This document shows, piece after piece, positions 43,316 to 64,000 of a DNA stretch of 64,000 bases (its first letter is position 1; every line of letters starts with the position of its first letter). The position numbers and the translations under genes are program-made. The notes beneath the pieces were generated by a model, which saw only the letters and a program-made list of their open reading frames with translations, was not told the DNA's origin and searched no databases. Origin of the DNA: Chrysomallon squamiferum (lineage: Eukaryota; Animalia; Mollusca); NCBI GenBank assembly GCA_012295275.1, contig CM022665.1:25482001-25546000 (forward strand), written 5' to 3'.

Positions 43316-44366
43316 AATGGAATAATCATGCTAGGTAGGTCTAATATATATAAAATATGTATTTAATACATGGTTAGTATAGGTACTATGCACAAAGACA
43401 TTTTAATATCTAAGCGTAGTTACATATCTAAGCGTAGCTGTGAATCTAGACAAATAAAGCTGTAAGACTGAAAAATGCATGAATAAAATCCATAAGATTA
43501 AAGATATCACTGTAATGTACTATTAGTCATTATGAATATTTTAATAAATATATTAAAGAAGATAATATTTAGATAATAAGAGTAAGTAATGACTGGGTAA
43601 TCACAGAATGATTTCAAAGTAAGTAAAATATAGGATAAATAAGACACATACTCTCTGCAATGCATGTGCAGCTATGTCTTTTAAAGATTCTCACAATCTG
43701 TTTTCATATCCAAATACACAAACACAAAATTTCAGTCACATACATCCACACACACACACACACACACACACATCCTCATTAACATAAAATAACAAACTCA
43801 CACAATTATCTGATTTAACTTCTTAAATTAATGGTTTAACACAACTTTCATGTCAAATATAATTTTTGTATGTTTTAAGTAACAAATAAATGTTGAACAA
43901 CATCTTTGATTTCCAAGCTATTTTTTTTTTAAAATGTAAAGATATTTAATTATTTTTCAAATTTTTGTATGGAAGAACAAGTGATAACAATAAAATAATT
44001 TCACATAAACAGCAAAGGATATTCCACACAATGTTTTTATAATTTAATTTTTTTGTTTAAATTTGTCTTTGTTTAAGAAATCATTTAATTATTTTTTTTA
44101 ATATTTTCTAGATTAAAAATAAATATTTTACCTTCAAATTTTTTTTTTTTTTTTTTTTTTATTAAAATAAAAGATTATTATTATGCCTGGTGGGTTATTT
44201 ATATTTTGGAAGTAAATAAAAGCAAAACTTTATACATTTTCACAAATATAACACGTAAAAAAATATTGATCTCTACCCTTTCTTTCAGCAATATATCTGA
44301 ACAACCCTGACCAGGTGGAATTGTCCCTGTAGGCACGGTGTAATACTGGAGGGAGAACATCACAAA

Positions 44367-59596
<15,230 letters not shown>

Positions 59597-60138
59597 TTCC
59601 GGAGGGTCGTAAGATTCCAGGTCTATCTAAAATGTGATTGAATACATATACTATAAACAAAATTGCATTGTTTTAACCAAATTTACAACTGAAGCATCAA
59701 CAACCAAAGTTTCCTGTTACGTCGGATTAGAGTTATTTCCCTTCCAAACCAAATAGCATCTGTTAGCATGTTATTTACACTAAAATCTTTATTTATTTAT
59801 TTGTTTATTATTATTATTATTATTATTATATGTGATTCGAGCTAATTATTTAATGATCGTATTTATTTATTTTATTTATTATGATTATTTATTTTAATTT
59901 ATAACTTTAATATACATCCTTTATTTTATTTTTTAATTTTGAATTTTAATATTTATTTATTTATCTGATGTCATTGTATTTAATATTATTTGTAATTTCA
60001 TAACTTTGATTAACCAATCTTCTTTTTGCAAATTTGTGTTCTGCTCCTTTAATGCATAATCCCCAAGAACTAAGTTTTCAAAGACGTATCCGTATTATCA
60101 CTCTTCGATGGGGTATTATCACTCACAAGATGACTTAC

Positions 60139-60335
60139 CAAAAGACTTCAAGGTGCAGAGCAGCCTTTCAAGGAGCCTTGGGGAACGGTGAAGAATAATG
60201 AAGGGCTGTTTGTCCTGCAAAAATTCAGTGTCCTCTTCAAGTATTGAAGAACCTCCACATTCCAAAACAAATTTAACATTTTGGCTTATGGAGGGTACAG
60301 GGAACCCCATTCACGACTCTCCAAAATTGACGTCA
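60139..60335 (-). other. Candidate upstream (5' UTR or alternative first) exon of the LRR gene
   Basis: GC-richer island ending in a perfect TG|gtaagt donor, with a second gtgagt donor 12 nt further. Possible acceptor ctgtctgtcag. Lies 0.5 kb upstream of the ttttag acceptor at 59627. Confidence 0.5.
60328..60335. promoter_or_regulatory. Full CRE palindrome TGACGTCA
   Basis: Exact consensus at the 5' edge of the candidate upstream exon in CpG-poor DNA. Function unproven. Confidence 0.3.
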
Positions 60336-60788
60336 CTGACAGACAGACAGATAAAAAATAATTAACGTGCTAATCAGAGCGAGCTGTTATGAAGCACATC
60401 TACGACAGGCACGCTCAGTAACAACGATTTCTGCTATGAAGATCAATGCAGATTTTAAAATACATATTTTATGTATGCACGGCATAAAATTAGTGTTAAA
60501 ATCCATAAAATGTAAAAGCATGGTCATTTGTACAATAATCCTTGATAAATCCTGCTTGAACTTCAAATAGTATCTAATCTGTTTCAAGGTACACCTACGG
60601 TCTACCATTTAACACAGTAGAAAAAGCTTTCCAAGACAACTAATAAATATAATGGGTCTATAATTTTCACAAACGTACACACATACAGACACATATACAT
60701 ATATATATATACATACACCTACACTGACACATACAGACATACAAACATACATACACATGCTTGTATGCATACAAACATGCATACATAC

Positions 60789-61078
60789 CATGGCCGTAAC
60801 TAGACTGTTTTCGAAATGAGGCAAAAACTGATTTCTTTGAAGTCAGTTACGTCTTTCATCGCAACGATGTCGGTAGACTTCAAACGGTAACCGTAAACAT
60901 GGACGAGTTCATTCAGTGGATATCATTTCTATCGGAATAGAGATTTATATTTTATATTTTTAAAAATAAAATCTTGGTATTTAACAAAAAAAAAAAAAGA
61001 AATAAAACAAAATCCTCAATTTCGATATGAGGCACTTGCCTCATTTGCCTCATTTGCCTCAGTGTAGTTACGGCCATC
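60789..61078. mobile_element. hAT-like MITE, about 290 bp
   Basis: Inverted termini ATGGCCGTAACTA(G/C)ACTG. Subterminal TGAGGCAA motifs, one left and three inverted right. Flanks atacatac/atccatac could be an 8 bp TSD but lie in microsatellite. Confidence 0.65.
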
Positions 61079-62441
61079 CATCCATACATATATATTTGCC
61101 TAAGAAAGCTATTTTGAGATGTTACATTTATGTGTATATATATATATATATATATTTATTTATTTATATTAAGAATGGATACTTTCTAGTTTTTGAATTG
61201 ATTTTAAATATATTTAGAAATGGTTTGTATTGTTCTAGAAATATATTTGTATACAGTCCCTAACATTTTTGTAATTTTAAAATGTTTTTTAAAGGTTAAT
61301 TTTTATTTTTATTTTTTATTTTTTATTTTTTTTAAATTGGTTATGGTTGCAGTATAATATATATGTAACCAAAAACGACTCAGTACAAATTTTAACTAGC
61401 TTTAAAAATGAAAGGACCAAAGCATACTATAAAATATATTAAATCAACTCGAAACTCTAGAGTTAAAATTTATAATTAAAACAAATTCCTGAGCAGTGTG
61501 TTTTTTAATTCTCAAATACATGTATATATGCATATATGCATACTCATGTACGCAAGCACACATACATACACACATACAAAAATTCATACATACATACATA
61601 AGGATATATCTATATATACACAAACATACATAATACATATACATATCCAAATTTATACACGTATAATACGTACATAAGGATATAAGTATAGATACAGCAT
61701 CATCAGACGTTTGTGAGGAAATGATTGGACTTTGTCCTGTGCCAGTGCGTTCCCAGATATTGTCTGTATGCAGAGTCTAGTCAGACGAACATAGAACGCA
61801 GACAATTCGTATCTAAATACATACATATATCTATACAATTCACCAATGTATCGTTTTTCACATTAAATCCAAAAATGCAGAATGCTTTCAAAGGAATTAT
61901 TAATAACTCCAAGGTTTGGCATCATGATAAATTTTTAAATGCATTTTCTCCTTTAAAACGTTGTTTTTTTTTTAAATGTTTTTACCAGAACAAATATTTT
62001 TAAAACGAAGATAGGTTGTCCAAGTTATGAAATCCCAGAGAATTAATGACTCGGTCATCCCCAGTAAATAAATAAATTAATAAAAATAGATAAGTAAATA
62101 AATATTAAAACTGATAATTCAAAAACAAATAAGATAAAATAAATAAATACTATCATATAAATAATTAACTCGAATTACAAAAAGCAGGCAGGTTAATCCA
62201 TGTTATGAAACTCCAAAGAATGAATAAATAATACAGAAAACACAAATAAATAAATAAACTAATTAATTAATTAATAAACAGGATAAAATATAAAATAATA
62301 ATAATATAAGATAATTTGGTATAAATTAATAATTGATAAATAAATAAAATAAAATTATATGTAAATAAAATAAATTAAAATTATAAATAGTCCAAATGAT
62401 GATGTCGATTAAGATGATGATGATATGAACTGAAACTTTAA

Positions 62442-62477
<36 letters not shown>

Positions 62478-63518
62478 AATATGTATGTATGTATGTATGT
62501 GTATGTATGTATGTATTTATTTACTTTATAATCGATTATTATTGGGTGGAAGAAGAAAAAGAATGAATTTATACAAACACATTTATGTTATTTCATCTTT
62601 GAATAACTTTAATAATAACAGTACATGTATTTAACATCTGTATTCAAAGCAGTAATGCCGCAGAGGACAACCCGAAAATACGTTGGTACATATTAAAGTG
62701 TATGCATGGTATGACACTTGCCGTTGACTTGGGCATTGATACGAGAGAAAAAGTAATGTGCGTGTGTAAAAAGAATTATATTCAGAATCAAATGAGACGT
62801 GTATGAAAAATATAATGTGACATATATAGTTTTAAATCTGGAAAAATCAGGTCTGTTTCTGGGAGTGAATATTTGCTCCTTTGCTTCTGAATGAACAAAT
62901 AATGACCGAATCATATTTTTCCAAAGAAGACAATAATAATAGAAGAAAAAACTTTAAAATAATTAGCAAAAATTTAGTATAATAATTTTGACTTCATCCT
63001 TCTTTTCAATCATGTTCACGTTTTTATTTTATTATTTTATATGCATACATACATACACATATACATATACATTATATTACATTTTTAATTTTATTTTATA
63101 CATTATTATTATTATTTTTTATTTATTTATTATTATTATTTTTTTTTTTTTAGGTGTTTTATTTCTAATTTTTGTGTGGTCTTTTCACGTAGATTTATAT
63201 AGTTCAGGTGAGAGAACTGTAAATGTATTTGCATTATCTCCCCTCAGTATATGATAGAGGCAGCACCCACTTCCTTTTGGCATTTCAAGATCGTTCTGTG
63301 GAAGGAAGGACGTTCACACACAAAAAAGGTTTCAGTAGTTATTTATACATTTTTATGAAGATTGACAAACTGCTTTTGTTTAATTAAAATGCAGTAAAAA
63401 GAAAATGATAAATGGTTTATTCGCGTTTTTCAGCGATCTGACATTGTTAATAAAGTGAATCAAATGACTTAACCATGACCTGAGTACCGCAAGTCTTTTT
63501 TCTGAAACTCTCTGGACA

Positions 63519-63563
<45 letters not shown>

Positions 63564-64000
63564 GAGTTTGTACACATCACAGAGTTTCAGAAAATGTCCC
63601 TAAAAATGTCTTAATTCAAAAAGGTAGACTGCAAATATTTAATAATTCTTAGGCATTGGATATTTTACCGTGAATCGTTTTTACGTTTCTACGGCTATTT
63701 GGCCGTGAGTTGCGGTACAGCATGCGTAGTTGGTGTCTTTTTTTGTACTCAGAGATTTTATCAAAGCTATTTCGTTTGTTATTTTACTGTGAGAAACTTT
63801 GTTGCAGCATTGATTCACTGTATTGCTAGTTTTATTCATCTTTTGAAATGAATGGGTTGGACTGGCTCTGTGAGGCTACCAGTCATTAAAACTTAGTAAA
63901 TGAGACACTGCAATGCAAGGTGTGCACACATTGCACGAATGACTGTACTGTGAGGGTCACATGAATGTGTCCTTGCATAACATTAACATATTTTCTGTAC

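Noticed and set aside
61690-63990. Further GC-richer islands that could be upstream exons or a promoter
   Set aside because: No convincing donor/acceptor pair or recognisable peptide.

Overview
AT-rich, intron-rich animal genomic DNA. It is probably a lophotrochozoan or mollusc, inferred only from the MCDDD-type actin with one intron after codon 42 and the microsatellite-rich introns. Three protein-coding genes can be built by hand with consistent splice phases. (1) A 5'-truncated golgin TRIP11/GMAP-210 on + (22 exons, 552..38167, about 2116 aa in the window) with a 3.3 kb coiled-coil exon and C-terminal GRAB/GA1 motifs. (2) A convergent LRRC58/LRRC28-like LRR gene on - (5 coding exons, 59596..44367, 409 aa) with a BC-box-like motif, Cys pairs and an unexpected polybasic+CaaX tail. 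(3) An intact but divergent actin gene (55767..52740, 376 aa) nested on the same strand inside the 12 kb first coding intron of the LRR gene. Introns carry pogo/Tigger-type and hAT-like non-autonomous DNA transposons, a short palindromic repeat family, minisatellites and local duplications. The most interesting signals are the putative membrane-anchored Cullin adaptor, the same-strand nesting, a duplicated last-exon acceptor that would remove the CaaX tail, an overlapping uORF, and a candidate mutually exclusive exon pair in TRIP11. There is no evidence of prokaryote-type systems, and most short ORFs in the track are low-complexity artefacts.
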